A stretch of 64,000 nt of DNA from an uncultured Veillonellaceae bacterium (GTDB lineage: Bacteria; Bacillota; Negativicutes; JARBTT01), in the NCBI GenBank assembly GCA_963805085.1, contig CAWDTA010000005.1, positions 416,001-480,000 of the forward strand, in the 5' to 3' direction. Positions 53,600 through 64,000 of this stretch are shown piece by piece. Within the stretch, counting starts at the first letter, position 1; the number at the start of each line of letters is the position of its first letter. The notes under the pieces were generated by a model, which saw only the letters and a list, made by a program, of their open reading frames with translations, did no database searches and was not told the origin of the DNA. The position numbers were made by a program, and so were the translations under genes.

Positions 53600-54292
53600 T
53601 TACAAATTAAGAGCATAACTTAGAAAATTATTTATCAAATGAATAAAGATACAAGGCCATAATGAATTTGATTTTTTTAATATATATCCCAGGAGTAATC
53701 CAAAGCAAAAAATAAAGTTTATACTACCTATCACATTATAATGTGAAAAATAACCAAGACTAAACCACTTAGGAAAGTGTATGAATACAAATACTAAAGA
53801 ACTAAGAGCATTTGCTTTTCTAAAGATCATTACATTTGCTAGCTTTTGCAAAAGTATGCCTCGAAATATAATTTCGTCCATAAATGCTGCTAAAATAATT
53901 GCATCAATCCATATAGAGATAGATAAAAGCGGATTGAAATTTATATAGCTTAAAAGTTGATATTGCGTATTTAAAGAGAGAATGATTAGAAAAACAATAG
54001 AGATTATTATATAGTTCATTCCCGACGTTATATTACTATCTAGCTTTAAAAATTTTACAATGTTAACTTTTTCATAATAGGCTAAATAAAAATATGCAGG
54101 TAATGTCATCAATAATAGTTTATCAAGGCCTAGGTGAAATAGCTTATAAAAAAAAGGATCATTATTTTTAAAATAGAAATCTAGATAGAATATATAGATT
54201 GACCAGAGTATAAAAATAAAAAGAATGAATGTGATTAGAGACAGGATATTTTTATTTTTGCTATCAAACATAGAGAATAGTGATTTTTTCAT
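53600..54292 (-). CDS. CPBP (Abi/CAAX) intramembrane protease
   Basis: DEIIFRG, FVFIH, HLINN. Confidence 0.88.
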   Translation of the reverse strand: MKKSLFSMFDSKNKNILSLITFILFIFILWSIYIFYLDFYFKNNDPFFYKLFHLGLDKLLLMTLPAYFYLAYYEKVNIVKFLKLDSNITSGMNYIIISIVFLIILSLNTQYQLLSYINFNPLLSISIWIDAIILAAFMDEIIFRGILLQKLANVMIFRKANALSSLVFVFIHFPKWFSLGYFSHYNVIGSINFIFCFGLLLGYILKKSNSLWPCIFIHLINNFLSYALNL

Positions 54293-54828
54293 AGCTAAAA
54301 TCTCCTCCTAAAAATCTCTAAACAAAATAAAGGAAAGCAAATCATTAGCTTTAAGCATTTATAATATTTTTTACTCTTACTATGTGGATATTTTGGGATT
54401 GCGATTGTATATAAAGAAGTTACAAAAAAATGAACACTTAAATATAGTGGTCATTTTTATCGGTATTATTCGTATTCATTCCATACGATGATTGCTATTT
54501 GAAATGAGCAATTACTATTTATAAATTAATTCATTATATTAAAATTCAAGATCTGCTTTACTTAGGATAGCGTACTTTTAGTTTTATCATGTCTAATTTG
54601 AGATAATAGACGCTCGGTTGGTAATATGTATAGAATAGCTAGGCATATTTATTGGGCGATTGAAAAGAAAGTAAAAGTATCTGTCTGAAAAATCTTTGAT
54701 AGTAATCGTAGCATAGAATACTAGGTAATGCAATCTTGCTATAGTTTATTCAATCATTTCTACTCTAGTTAGAACTTTAATTAGAATGAATTGACAAATA
54801 TATAGTTGTATGATACAAATTAATATAG

Positions 54829-55299
54829 GTGATGGGAGTGAAAGATATAGTTAGTGAAGAAGAAAAATACAATCGTTGTGTAGAAGATATTGGTGAATTA
54901 CTGCAAAAGGCGGTGCGAACTTTTCAAATTTTTGAGAGGGGCCAGATTAAGGTACATGGCTTTACCAGCTCTCAATGCTATATAGTACTGGAAATATATA
55001 AACACGAGACGCTTTCAATTAATGAAATTAGTGAAAAGATGCATCTTGAGATTAGTACTATTACTAGAATTATGAACAATTTAGTTCGGGATGGGTTTAT
55101 TCTTCGTAAAAAATCTAGCTACGATAAAAGAGTTGTAGAGGCTGTTCTTACGGAAAGTGGTAAAAAAGCTGCTTTCAAATTGCAAAAAAGCATTGCAAAT
55201 TATTATAAAGATGTCATTTCAAACTTGCCACGTGGTCATGTTCGTGAAGTGATGAGTGCAGTAGAACTACTTGTAACCGCTTTAGAAAAAGCTAAGTAG
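54829..55299 (+). CDS. MarR family regulator
   Basis: STITRIMNNLVRDG, DKRV, LTESG. Confidence 0.92.
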   Translation: MMGVKDIVSEEEKYNRCVEDIGELLQKAVRTFQIFERGQIKVHGFTSSQCYIVLEIYKHETLSINEISEKMHLEISTITRIMNNLVRDGFILRKKSSYDKRVVEAVLTESGKKAAFKLQKSIANYYKDVISNLPRGHVREVMSAVELLVTALEKAK

Positions 55300-55425
55300 T
55301 AAAGAGTTAGATAGTTCTTGTTCCTTACATTATATTTGTATAATACAAATATAATGTAAGGAATAGGTAAAGATAATAGTGAAGTGTCTAAAAAAAATGA
55401 ATTAAAATGGAAAGAGGTATTTGGT

Positions 55426-56667
55426 ATGCGAGAAAATTTTATTCAACAGCTATTCGCGGATCGTATTGGTGGAAGTAATTTCGGGAATGACGCAGTGCTA
55501 TATAAATTTGAAAAAATAAAAAGAGCTAAAAGAGAGGCGTGTAAGCACAATCCAAAAGTGAAATTGATTGATCTTGGAGTGGGCGAACCAGACTGGATGG
55601 CAGAGAATGAAGTTATAGAAATTTTATACAGTGAAGCGAAGCTGAAAGAAAATAGAGGATATACCGATAATGGTATGCAAGAGTTTAAGAATGCCGCTAT
55701 CCATTATATGGAAAAGGTTTATCAGGTGCATAATCTTAACTCAGCTAATGAAGTGAATCATGGAATTGGTTCAAAATCGATTTTGGCGCTGTTACCGCTG
55801 GCTTTTATTAATCCTGGTGATATTACGATTATGACTGTACCTGGATATCCTATTATGGGGACTATGACGGAATCATTGGGTGGAGAGGTAGTTAGTTTAC
55901 CACTATTAGTTGAAAATAATTATTTGCCTGATTTAAATTCTTTGACAACAGAACAACGCCATAGAGCTAAATTATTGTATATTAACTATCCTAACAATCC
56001 AACTGGAGCTACAGCGACGAAAGCATTTTTTGAAAAAGTCGTAGAGTTTGCCAGAGCAAACAAGATCATCGTCGTATCAGATGCTGCTTATGCAGCACTT
56101 ACCTTTGATGGAGAACGCCCGCTTAGCTTTTTATCTATTGAAGGCGCAAGAGATGTTGGGATCGAAGTTCATTCGTTATCCAAAGCTTTCAATATGACAG
56201 GCTGGAGACTGGCATTTGTTTGTGGCAATGAATTAGTAATCAAAGGTTTTGCAACAGTAAAAGATGACAATGATTCTGGTCAGTTTGCTGCCATTCAAAA
56301 GGCTGGAATTTATTGTTTGCAGCATCCTGAAATAACGGAAAAAACAGCTTTAAAATATTCCCGTCGCCATACTTTGCTGGTAAATGCACTAAAGCATATT
56401 GGTTTTTCAGTTACTAAACCTAAAGCATCATTTTATTTGTATGTTGCTATTCCTAAGAGTACTAAAAATGGAAGGCATTTTATATCGGCAGAAGATTTTT
56501 CGGATTTTTTAATTAGAGAAAAATTAATTTCTACTGTTCCATGGGATGATGCGGGGGCATATATTAGAATTTCTGTTACTTTTGAAGCAAAAGATGAAGC
56601 AGAAGAAGAAAAGATCATTGGCGAAATAGTGCGTCGTTTAGATGAAGTTGGCTTCGTTTTTGAATAA
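55426..56667 (+). CDS. dapL: LL-diaminopimelate aminotransferase-like PLP enzyme
   Basis: YKFEKIKRAK, NYPNNPTG, DAAY, SLSKAFNMTGWR. Confidence 0.8.
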   Translation: MRENFIQQLFADRIGGSNFGNDAVLYKFEKIKRAKREACKHNPKVKLIDLGVGEPDWMAENEVIEILYSEAKLKENRGYTDNGMQEFKNAAIHYMEKVYQVHNLNSANEVNHGIGSKSILALLPLAFINPGDITIMTVPGYPIMGTMTESLGGEVVSLPLLVENNYLPDLNSLTTEQRHRAKLLYINYPNNPTGATATKAFFEKVVEFARANKIIVVSDAAYAALTFDGERPLSFLSIEGARDVGIEVHSLSKAFNMTGWRLAFVCGNELVIKGFATVKDDNDSGQFAAIQKAGIYCLQHPEITEKTALKYSRRHTLLVNALKHIGFSVTKPKASFYLYVAIPKSTKNGRHFISAEDFSDFLIREKLISTVPWDDAGAYIRISVTFEAKDEAEEEKIIGEIVRRLDEVGFVFE

Positions 56668-56753
56668 GTGAATGAACAACCATTTATTTATAATGCAAGA
56701 AATTTATTGATTAATTCTTCTAAATCTAAAAAAATGTGGGGATAAGATAAATT

Positions 56754-58013
56754 ATGAATACTTTAAAAAAAATATTTTTGTTTAATAATGATAACTACTA
56801 TATTCAGAATCAAAACTTACTTTCTATTTGTGAACAATTTGAAACACCTTTCTATTTATATGATTTAAATTTGGTCTTGCAGCAATATAAAAGTTTATAT
56901 AATTATATAGACTGGCCTAAATTGAAGATATATTATGCGATGAAGGCAAACTACAATGTTGATATCTTGAAGATGCTTAGGAATAACAATGCATATTTAG
57001 ATACAGTGAGTCCAACTGAGGTTTTATTGGCCTTGAAACTCGGATATAAGAAAGATCATATTTTATTTACAGCTAATAATATGACTGAGGCTGAAATGCA
57101 TTTAATTAAAAAACATAATATTTTATTTAATATAGACTCTATTTCATGTCTAGAAAAGTATGCTAAAGAGTATCCTGAAACTGAAATTTGTTTGCGGTTT
57201 AACTCTGATGTAATTGCTGGTGAAAATGAAAAAGTACAAACTGGAGGTGATCTTACTAAATTTGGTATATTGCTTAAAGATGTATCGATAGTAAATAAAA
57301 TTATAAACCATTATAATTTAAAGGTTATTGGCTTACATGAACACACTGGTAGTGGAATATCTGAAACAGAAAAAGTATACCAGGGAATGAAAAATTTATT
57401 AAGTATCGCTACAAGAGAAAACTTTCCTCATTTACGCTTTATTGATTTCGGTGGAGGTTTTAAAGTCCCATATCATCCAGAGGAGCCGATCGTTAATTAT
57501 AATGAATTTGGAAATAAAATAACACGTATTTTTTCGGAGTATTGTAAAAACTACGGAGATGATTTATATATGTATTTTGAGCCTGGAAAATACACTGTAG
57601 CAGAAGCTGGGTCCTTAATCATGAAGGTTAATACGATAAAAAATAATAAGGGGCGCCTAATAGTAGGTACCGATTCAGGTTTTCCACAGTTCATAAGGCC
57701 AGTTTTTTATGGAGCTTACCATCATATTTTAAATATAAGTAATCCGCTAGGCTGCTTGAAACAATATGATATTTGTGGAAATACATGTGAAACAGGGGAT
57801 TGTTTTGCAAATGAGCGTATGCTTCCAGAAATTCGCGAAGGCGATTATTTGGCAATATTAAATGCAGGGGCTTATTGCTTCGCAATGGCTTCAATCTATA
57901 ATTTGAGACCACTGCCAGCTGAAATTGTTATTTTCGACAATCAACTTAAACAGTCACGTGCTAAAATGACCTCTGAGGAATTAGCCAATCAAGTACTTGC
58001 CGAATATAAATAA
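56754..58013 (+). CDS. lysA: Diaminopimelate decarboxylase
   Basis: YAMKAN, KFG, HTGS, DFGGG, EPGKY, CETGD, AGAY. Confidence 0.88.
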   Translation: MNTLKKIFLFNNDNYYIQNQNLLSICEQFETPFYLYDLNLVLQQYKSLYNYIDWPKLKIYYAMKANYNVDILKMLRNNNAYLDTVSPTEVLLALKLGYKKDHILFTANNMTEAEMHLIKKHNILFNIDSISCLEKYAKEYPETEICLRFNSDVIAGENEKVQTGGDLTKFGILLKDVSIVNKIINHYNLKVIGLHEHTGSGISETEKVYQGMKNLLSIATRENFPHLRFIDFGGGFKVPYHPEEPIVNYNEFGNKITRIFSEYCKNYGDDLYMYFEPGKYTVAEAGSLIMKVNTIKNNKGRLIVGTDSGFPQFIRPVFYGAYHHILNISNPLGCLKQYDICGNTCETGDCFANERMLPEIREGDYLAILNAGAYCFAMASIYNLRPLPAEIVIFDNQLKQSRAKMTSEELANQVLAEYK

Positions 58014-58247
58014 TTTCACAAATAAAAGCTAGTCTAATTCTATAATTTAGAATTATAATGGCGTACACTTGGAAATAAAGTTTTGCTAAATTATGTATTA
58101 ATCTGGCAGGAACTTTATTTTTTATAAGGAAATAAACATTGATATAAAGATGTGATATAAAAATATTAGAAAAGAAATATCTTGGTGAAAATTGGTATTT
58201 GGTTATGGATTTAGTTGCAATTAAAAAACAAGAGGGAATGATAAATT

Positions 58248-58784
58248 ATGGAACAGATACAAATACGTAGAAGTATCAGAAAATATCTTAATAAACCAAT
58301 AGTAGATGAAAAAATAATGCAATTAATTGAGAGTGCAAGACTTGCACCATCAGGAAGTAATACCCAACCATGGCGATTTATCATTGTAAAATCAGAATGG
58401 ATGAGGAAAAAAATAGCAGAAACAGCCAATGATCAAAAATGGATGCTATCAGCGCCGGTTTTTATTGTTTGTGTTGCAGATAGCAGTGCAAGGATGAATA
58501 CAGATCCGCAGCTCAAGTTGGATGAGAATAGTCCGCAAGAAGCTGTTAAGCAAATGATAAGAGATACCTCCATTGCTATTGAACATATGATATTAGAAGC
58601 TACAAGTTTAGGTTTAGGAGCCTGTTGGGTTAGCTGGTTTACGCAAAATCAGATCAGACCAATTTTAAGTATTCCGCCTGATAAATATGTAGTTAGTATT
58701 GTTACTCTTGGTTATGCAGACGAGAAGCCAACAGCTAGGCCACGAAAAGAAATTGAAGAAATTGTTCGTTATGAGCATTGGTAA
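58248..58784 (+). CDS. Nitroreductase family protein
   Basis: RRSIRKY, APSGSNTQPW, GLGACW. Confidence 0.92.
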   Translation: MEQIQIRRSIRKYLNKPIVDEKIMQLIESARLAPSGSNTQPWRFIIVKSEWMRKKIAETANDQKWMLSAPVFIVCVADSSARMNTDPQLKLDENSPQEAVKQMIRDTSIAIEHMILEATSLGLGACWVSWFTQNQIRPILSIPPDKYVVSIVTLGYADEKPTARPRKEIEEIVRYEHW

Positions 58785-58935
58785 AAAAGGCAAAGTTTGA
58801 AGCAGTTTAGCGAATTGAAAAAATCGTTGTGTAATGACTGGCTGTTATTTAGATTATGATGCTTACCTAAACATATAAGGTTGATAGCAATAAATATGTT
58901 GTAATAAGAAATTACTCTAATGGAGGTTTTAAGTT

Positions 58936-59874
58936 ATGCGCAAAGGATTTTTATTTACCTTGCTTTTTTTTGTTTGTTTCTCAGCAAATGTATTCGCGGA
59001 AAGCTGGAAAGTTCTGCCTGATGGGATTTGTGCAAAGTATGCTGCCCAAGAGTTTGAAAAAATAGCTCCTTCACCTGGTGTGAATTGGCTGAACTATAAC
59101 TATGATTGGATTTTACAGGCACAGCAATCTGGATGGGTCGTGAAGACGACAGTTCGCGATGTTATGGTTGGCGCTATTGTAGAATGGCAAGGGCTTGACC
59201 GAAATGGAGGGCATGTTGCTATCGTAAGGCAAGTGTTATCGGATCGTATTATTGTAGAGGAAAATAACGTAGGTAAGGTAACGGGAAGTAATGACTATAC
59301 ATTTGGCGGTTATCATTATAAAAGCGAGGTAACGGATGGCTGGGGTAAAACAACAATAAGAGCAATTAAATATGAGGATATGCTCAAAATGGATACGAGA
59401 AAATTCATGGGGTATATATGGCCAGTGCGTCAAAGTGATTATGATAAAGAACCGGGGAAATATCAAATTTCTTCTGCTGATCAAATGAATATTAAGGAAC
59501 CTTTATATAAAGGGTTTAAAGAATTTTGGGGCCCGGTTTATATGTTGAAAGAATTTGATAAAATAGCTCCAGCCCCGGGGGTAAATTGGCAAGGAAATGT
59601 GAAAAAATGGATTAAGAATGCACAGGCAACTGGTTGGGTAACAAAAACTGATCCTAGTGAAGCTAAAATAGGTGCATTAGTCATTAGATTTAATCCTACC
59701 AGTAATTTAATTAAAGCTGGTATTATTCGTGATATTAAAAATAATATGATAACAGTTGATGAACGTAAAAATGATCTATATCCATTTACAGAGGTGCTGC
59801 TCATTAATGATTTAAAAGAAATAGATAAAGATGGATATCAGTTTCTAGGATACATTTTGCCAGTGAGGCAATAA
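58936..59874 (+). CDS. Secreted protein with tandem CHAP-like domains
   Basis: Signal peptide; domain 1 has ICAKYA, GHVA, EENN; the internal repeat EFxKIAPxPGVNW...IxPVRQ occurs twice. Confidence 0.75.
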   Translation: MRKGFLFTLLFFVCFSANVFAESWKVLPDGICAKYAAQEFEKIAPSPGVNWLNYNYDWILQAQQSGWVVKTTVRDVMVGAIVEWQGLDRNGGHVAIVRQVLSDRIIVEENNVGKVTGSNDYTFGGYHYKSEVTDGWGKTTIRAIKYEDMLKMDTRKFMGYIWPVRQSDYDKEPGKYQISSADQMNIKEPLYKGFKEFWGPVYMLKEFDKIAPAPGVNWQGNVKKWIKNAQATGWVTKTDPSEAKIGALVIRFNPTSNLIKAGIIRDIKNNMITVDERKNDLYPFTEVLLINDLKEIDKDGYQFLGYILPVRQ

Positions 59875-59964
59875 AAATCTATAAAAAATCCTGCTATATG
59901 CATTGCATGGTAGCAGGATTTTTTTCCTCGTTAACGGATTTTTATAAAAAAGAAGCATAGTGCT

Positions 59965-60141
59965 TTAATCTTCGATTTTTAATAGTTTAATCGCCTTTTC
60001 TAAATTGCTTTCTAGTTTTTTAAAGCGTTCCGCTAGGGGGAGTTCACCTTTTTGGCGATAGATAATTTCACTTGCCTGAATGGTAATTCTCAATTTTTCT
60101 AGCTCATTTCGCTTTTTTTCAACCTCTTTAAATAAGTGCAA
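59965..60141 (-). CDS. Small helical hypothetical protein (58 aa), absent from the ORF track
   Basis: AGGGGG RBS, TTG start, MHLFKEVEKKRNELEKLRITIQASE...KIED*. Confidence 0.55.
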   Translation of the reverse strand: MHLFKEVEKKRNELEKLRITIQASEIIYRQKGELPLAERFKKLESNLEKAIKLLKIED

Positions 60142-60569
60142 AGTAATACCCCCTTTTGCTTACTGATTTATAGTGGTTATGATTAGAGCTTTATTTCAAT
60201 AATTTACGCGTCAAGTAGATAGCAAAAATACATTTTAGATAAATTTGGCGTATTTTATATAGTAAAAATATAGCCAAATAAGTTTTGTAATACAATTATA
60301 AGTATATCAATTATTATGTTCTAATATATCATTTATAATCATTTTTCTGATAAATTCGTATTTAATGTAGAATGATTTAATCTCACTATGACTCATATTT
60401 TTTGATAATACGTGGCTGATCATCCAATATGTATCAGTTGTGCCTAAAATAAAAATAATAAAATTTTCTATCCGCTATTCTGACATTTAATGTTACCCCT
60501 TTTTATTTTTTTCAACAAACGAAATAACGCCAATCTAGTGGTAGATTGACGTCAAGTTCGATTTGTAGG

Positions 60570-60659
60570 TGAAATCGGCAACTTGGCAGTCATAGATATC
60601 TATCCTTAGACCCATAGCTTTGCGTCCCTATCTTTCAATAAGTTTGCTGAAATATTTCC
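60570..60659 (-). ncRNA. Cyclic-dinucleotide riboswitch class I (GEMM-I)
   Basis: Minus strand: GCAAACTTATT-GAAA-GATAGGGACGCAAAGCTATGGGTCTAA...ATGACTGCCAAGTTGCCGA; hairpin follows at ~60526-60551. Confidence 0.9.
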
Positions 60660-61075
60660 ATTGTAATTTATTGTTGTTTATTATAAAAAATATATTAACT
60701 TGTATTAGCTTATAGCTAGATAAGGTAAAAGTCAAGAAAAAATAGGACTATTGTCACGAAAAAGGACTTGGAAATCTTACAACATAAGGTCAACGGTAAT
60801 TTAACTATTTTAGAGTATGAACTATGAATTTAAAGACATTCAAGAGATATACAAAGGTTTGATTAGATAAAGTCGCTCAATTATTAATATCTTGTACTTG
60901 ATTATCTATGTGCATTCTAATATTTTTGTCTTAATTTAGATGAAAAATGTTTTATATATACTTATAAGCATTTTTGTTATATATTGAAAAATACTGCCAA
61001 ATAAAGCTATAATGAATGAATAGCTAGTCTTCGTTCTAACATTTGTTTTTACAAAATGATAGGGAGTGGTGGGGG

Positions 61076-63082
61076 ATGAAAAGGATTTTTGATATAAGAT
61101 TTAGCAATTTTGGTATTAAGACAAAACTGATTTCATCAATGGTAGTACTTACTTTGTTGGCAATTGTGGCTACTTTAGTACCAGCACTTTATCTTTTAAC
61201 AGAATATAATAATGAGATTACAACTGAACAAGTAAATGAAAGTATGAAGGGACTTACCACAACTCTTGAAGATTACAAGGAGAACGCGTTGAATTTTGGC
61301 GCGGTTATGGCTAGTAATCCAAATGTGATAAAAGCGATAAAAAATAAAGATGCAGATGCGATTTTAAATGATGTTGCCCCGCTCCTTAAAAAGGCTAAAA
61401 TCGATTTTGCCACAATTACGGACGAAACTGGTAAGGTTATTGTCCGTACTCATGAAACGACAAAAGGCGATAGTGTAGTAAAACAGGACAACGTTAAAAA
61501 CGCGCTTAAAGGTAATGCCTTCAGTGCGATTGAGTCTGGAACGGCGGTCAAATTTTCTGCGCGAGCAGGAACTCCAGTGAAAGACGAACAAGGTAAGATT
61601 GTTGGTGTTATTTCAGCGGGATACTATATCAGTAATGACACCGTGGTAGATAAAGTAAAAGAGAGTTTTGGTACCGATGTAACTTTGTTTTTAGGCGATA
61701 CTCGTGTGGCTACAACGATTATGAAAGATGGACAACGCGTATTAAATACTAAATTAAATGAAAAAATTGCGGCAAAGGTACTCAATGAAGGACAAAATTA
61801 TGTTGGTAAAGCAGATATACTAGGAACGCAGTATATTACTAGTTACAAACCATTGATTGGCCCAGAAAACAAACCTATTGGAGCTTTGTTTGTTGGTAAA
61901 AACATGGAATTTGTTGCGATTGCGCAAAATAAAATTGCCACGATCGTCGGGGGCATTTCTCTGGTGGTGATGTTGATTATTGTAGTTATTGCTACGATTA
62001 TTTCTAATAAAATAACGAATCCGATTCGAAATTTAGTAACAGCTATGGGATGGGTTGCTAGTGGCGATTTAAGTAAATCAGTTGAGGTAACTGCAAAAGA
62101 TGAAATCGGAGCATTGGCAATAGGATATAATACCATGATTGAACAACTAAAAGAACTAATTGATAATGTTAATTCGTCCGCTCAAACATTAACTATCGCA
62201 TCAAGAGCGCTCATGGAAAGTGGGGAGCAATCAGCACAAGCAGTTAATCAAGTAGCAACGACTATATCTGATTTGGCTCGAGGTTCGGAGCAACAACGTT
62301 CAGCAGTAGAGCAAACCTCTACTGTGATTGGCCAAATTGCCGAAGGTATCCAACAAGTGGCGGCTAGTGCAAATCATGTTGCTTCGATGACCAATAAAAC
62401 GATTACTACATCAAAAGAAGGTAGTAAAGCTGTTGAAAGTGCAATTTTTCAAATGAATACTATAGAAATAACAGTTGTCAATTCAGCTGAAGTGGTTGCT
62501 AAACTCGGTGAAAGATCGAAGAAGATTAGTAGTATTGTGGATACCATTTCGGGAATTGCCGGTCAGACGAATCTCCTTGCTTTAAATGCTGCCATTGAAG
62601 CAGCTAGAGCTGGCGAACAAGGGCGAGGTTTTGCTGTAGTTGCTGAAGAGGTAAGGAAACTTGCTGAACAATCCCAAGAGGCCGCAAAAAACGTTGCGAA
62701 TTTAATTGGTGAAATTCAAAGTGACACGAGTGAAGCGGTTCTTGCGATGAATGATGGTACGCGTGAAGTTAAATCTGGGGCAGAAGTCGTCACCTCAGCG
62801 GGGAAATCCTTTAACGATATAGCAGAATCTATTATGGAAGTAGCGGATCAAGTGGCGCATATATCTTCTGCGAGTCAGCAGATGGCAAGTGGTAGTCAAC
62901 AAATGGTAAGTTCAATTGATCGTATTAATAAAGTAAGTACAGAAGCCGCATGTCAGACTAAAAATGTTTCTGTAGTTATTGAAAAACAGTCCGAATCTAT
63001 GGAAGAAATCGCTGTGTCCAGCCAAGAATTGACGAAGATGGCAGAAGATCTCACCAATAACGTCAACAAATTTAAAATATAA
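61076..63082 (+). CDS. Methyl-accepting chemotaxis protein with Cache-type sensor
   Basis: DVTLFLGDTRVATTI Cache_3-like segment, HAMP, MCP signalling motif. Confidence 0.95.
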   Translation: MKRIFDIRFSNFGIKTKLISSMVVLTLLAIVATLVPALYLLTEYNNEITTEQVNESMKGLTTTLEDYKENALNFGAVMASNPNVIKAIKNKDADAILNDVAPLLKKAKIDFATITDETGKVIVRTHETTKGDSVVKQDNVKNALKGNAFSAIESGTAVKFSARAGTPVKDEQGKIVGVISAGYYISNDTVVDKVKESFGTDVTLFLGDTRVATTIMKDGQRVLNTKLNEKIAAKVLNEGQNYVGKADILGTQYITSYKPLIGPENKPIGALFVGKNMEFVAIAQNKIATIVGGISLVVMLIIVVIATIISNKITNPIRNLVTAMGWVASGDLSKSVEVTAKDEIGALAIGYNTMIEQLKELIDNVNSSAQTLTIASRALMESGEQSAQAVNQVATTISDLARGSEQQRSAVEQTSTVIGQIAEGIQQVAASANHVASMTNKTITTSKEGSKAVESAIFQMNTIEITVVNSAEVVAKLGERSKKISSIVDTISGIAGQTNLLALNAAIEAARAGEQGRGFAVVAEEVRKLAEQSQEAAKNVANLIGEIQSDTSEAVLAMNDGTREVKSGAEVVTSAGKSFNDIAESIMEVADQVAHISSASQQMASGSQQMVSSIDRINKVSTEAACQTKNVSVVIEKQSESMEEIAVSSQELTKMAEDLTNNVNKFKI

Positions 63083-63282
63083 AATTGCACGACTTAAAAA
63101 CTTCTGCACAATTACTAGCAGAAGTTTATCTGCTAGCATTTATCTGCTAGCATTTAATAGTAAAAAAGAGGTTAAGATTCATTTATTGAGCGTATCTTGA
63201 GCAGGATAGCAAATGAAATTTAACGAAATAAACTAATATAAATTATTAAGTAAAATTACTTAGATATAAGGAGTTGATTTTG

Positions 63283-64000
63283 ATGAGAAATAAATTCCAC
63301 GCATATTTTCACATAACAGATGAAACTAGTATAAAAGCTCGAGAGTTTCTTAAATATATAGGTCCGGGGATATTGATTACGGTGGGGTTTATTGATCCAG
63401 GTAATTGGGCTTCTAATATGGCAGCTGGTGCTGAGTATGGCTACCAATTACTATGGATGGTTACTTTATCGACGATTATGTTGATCATCTTGCAACATAA
63501 TGTAGCGCATTTGGGCATTGTGAGTGGTCTGTGCTTGTCGGAAGCGGCTACTATTTACCTAAAGCCATGGATATCTCGTACTGTTTTATTCTCAGCAGTA
63601 GCTGCATCGGTGGCAACTGCTTTGGCGGAGATTTTGGGCGGGGCAATTGCGATTTCTATTTTATTTCATATTCCAATAAAAATAGCTTCTATATTGACAT
63701 CTGTCTTGTGCGGATGGCTATTATGGTCCAATTCTTATAAAAAATTAGAAAAAGTCATAATTGGTTTTGTATCACTCATTGGGCTCTCTTTTTTAGCTGA
63801 ACTTAGCTTGGTTCAAATAGACTGGCAACAAGCTGCAGTGGGGTGGGTAGTACCTGTTTTACCAGAAAATTCATTACCGATTGTGATGAGTGTATTAGGG
63901 GCTGTTGTTATGCCACATAATTTATTTTTACATTCTGAAATTATTCAAAGTCGCCAGTGGAATTTAGAGGATGAAAAGGTAATAAAAAAACAATTAAACT
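63283..64000 (+). CDS. Nramp family divalent metal transporter (runs off the window end)
   Basis: KYIGPGILITVGFIDPGNW, GAVVMPHNLFLHS. Confidence 0.9.
   Translation, partial: MRNKFHAYFHITDETSIKAREFLKYIGPGILITVGFIDPGNWASNMAAGAEYGYQLLWMVTLSTIMLIILQHNVAHLGIVSGLCLSEAATIYLKPWISRTVLFSAVAASVATALAEILGGAIAISILFHIPIKIASILTSVLCGWLLWSNSYKKLEKVIIGFVSLIGLSFLAELSLVQIDWQQAAVGWVVPVLPENSLPIVMSVLGAVVMPHNLFLHSEIIQSRQWNLEDEKVIKKQLN

Noticed and set aside
63125-63156. 14-bp tandem repeat TTTATCTGCTAGCA x2
   Set aside because: Only two adjacent copies with no spacers; a local slippage, not CRISPR.

Overview
Low-GC chromosomal window, most likely from an anaerobic, motile, probably sporulating diderm Firmicute (Negativicutes/Selenomonadales-like). 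This is inferred from gene content: VirK/YbjX, many MCPs, and CbiK with a signal peptide. It holds five tRNAs, six chemoreceptors plus one decayed fragment, and an iron/cobalt/B12 block (two cbiK paralogues, cbiL, a BtuFCD-like importer, feoAB, flavodoxins, two cobalamin riboswitches, Fur boxes). It also holds nifS-nifU, ferritin, corA, a MarR-dapL-lysA unit, a GH63 glycosidase paired with an unknown zincin-like protein, a GEMM-I riboswitch and a decaying PrpR-like/leuCD-like locus. I saw no CRISPR array, intact mobile element or rRNA. The best unannotated candidates are: (1) a Fur-boxed, terminator-bounded ~80-nt sRNA whose 5' part is complementary to a generic SD+AUG region, possibly an iron-sparing sRNA; (2) a stand-alone 92-aa protein carrying the NrdD C-terminal glycyl-radical motif, possibly a GrcA-like spare part for class III RNR; (3) a riboswitch-like leader ahead of the cytoplasmic cbiK; (4) an A20 variant of the c-di-GMP-I riboswitch; (5) an MCP paired with an orphan TRAP binding protein. 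All family calls come from motif recognition; no database searches were run.
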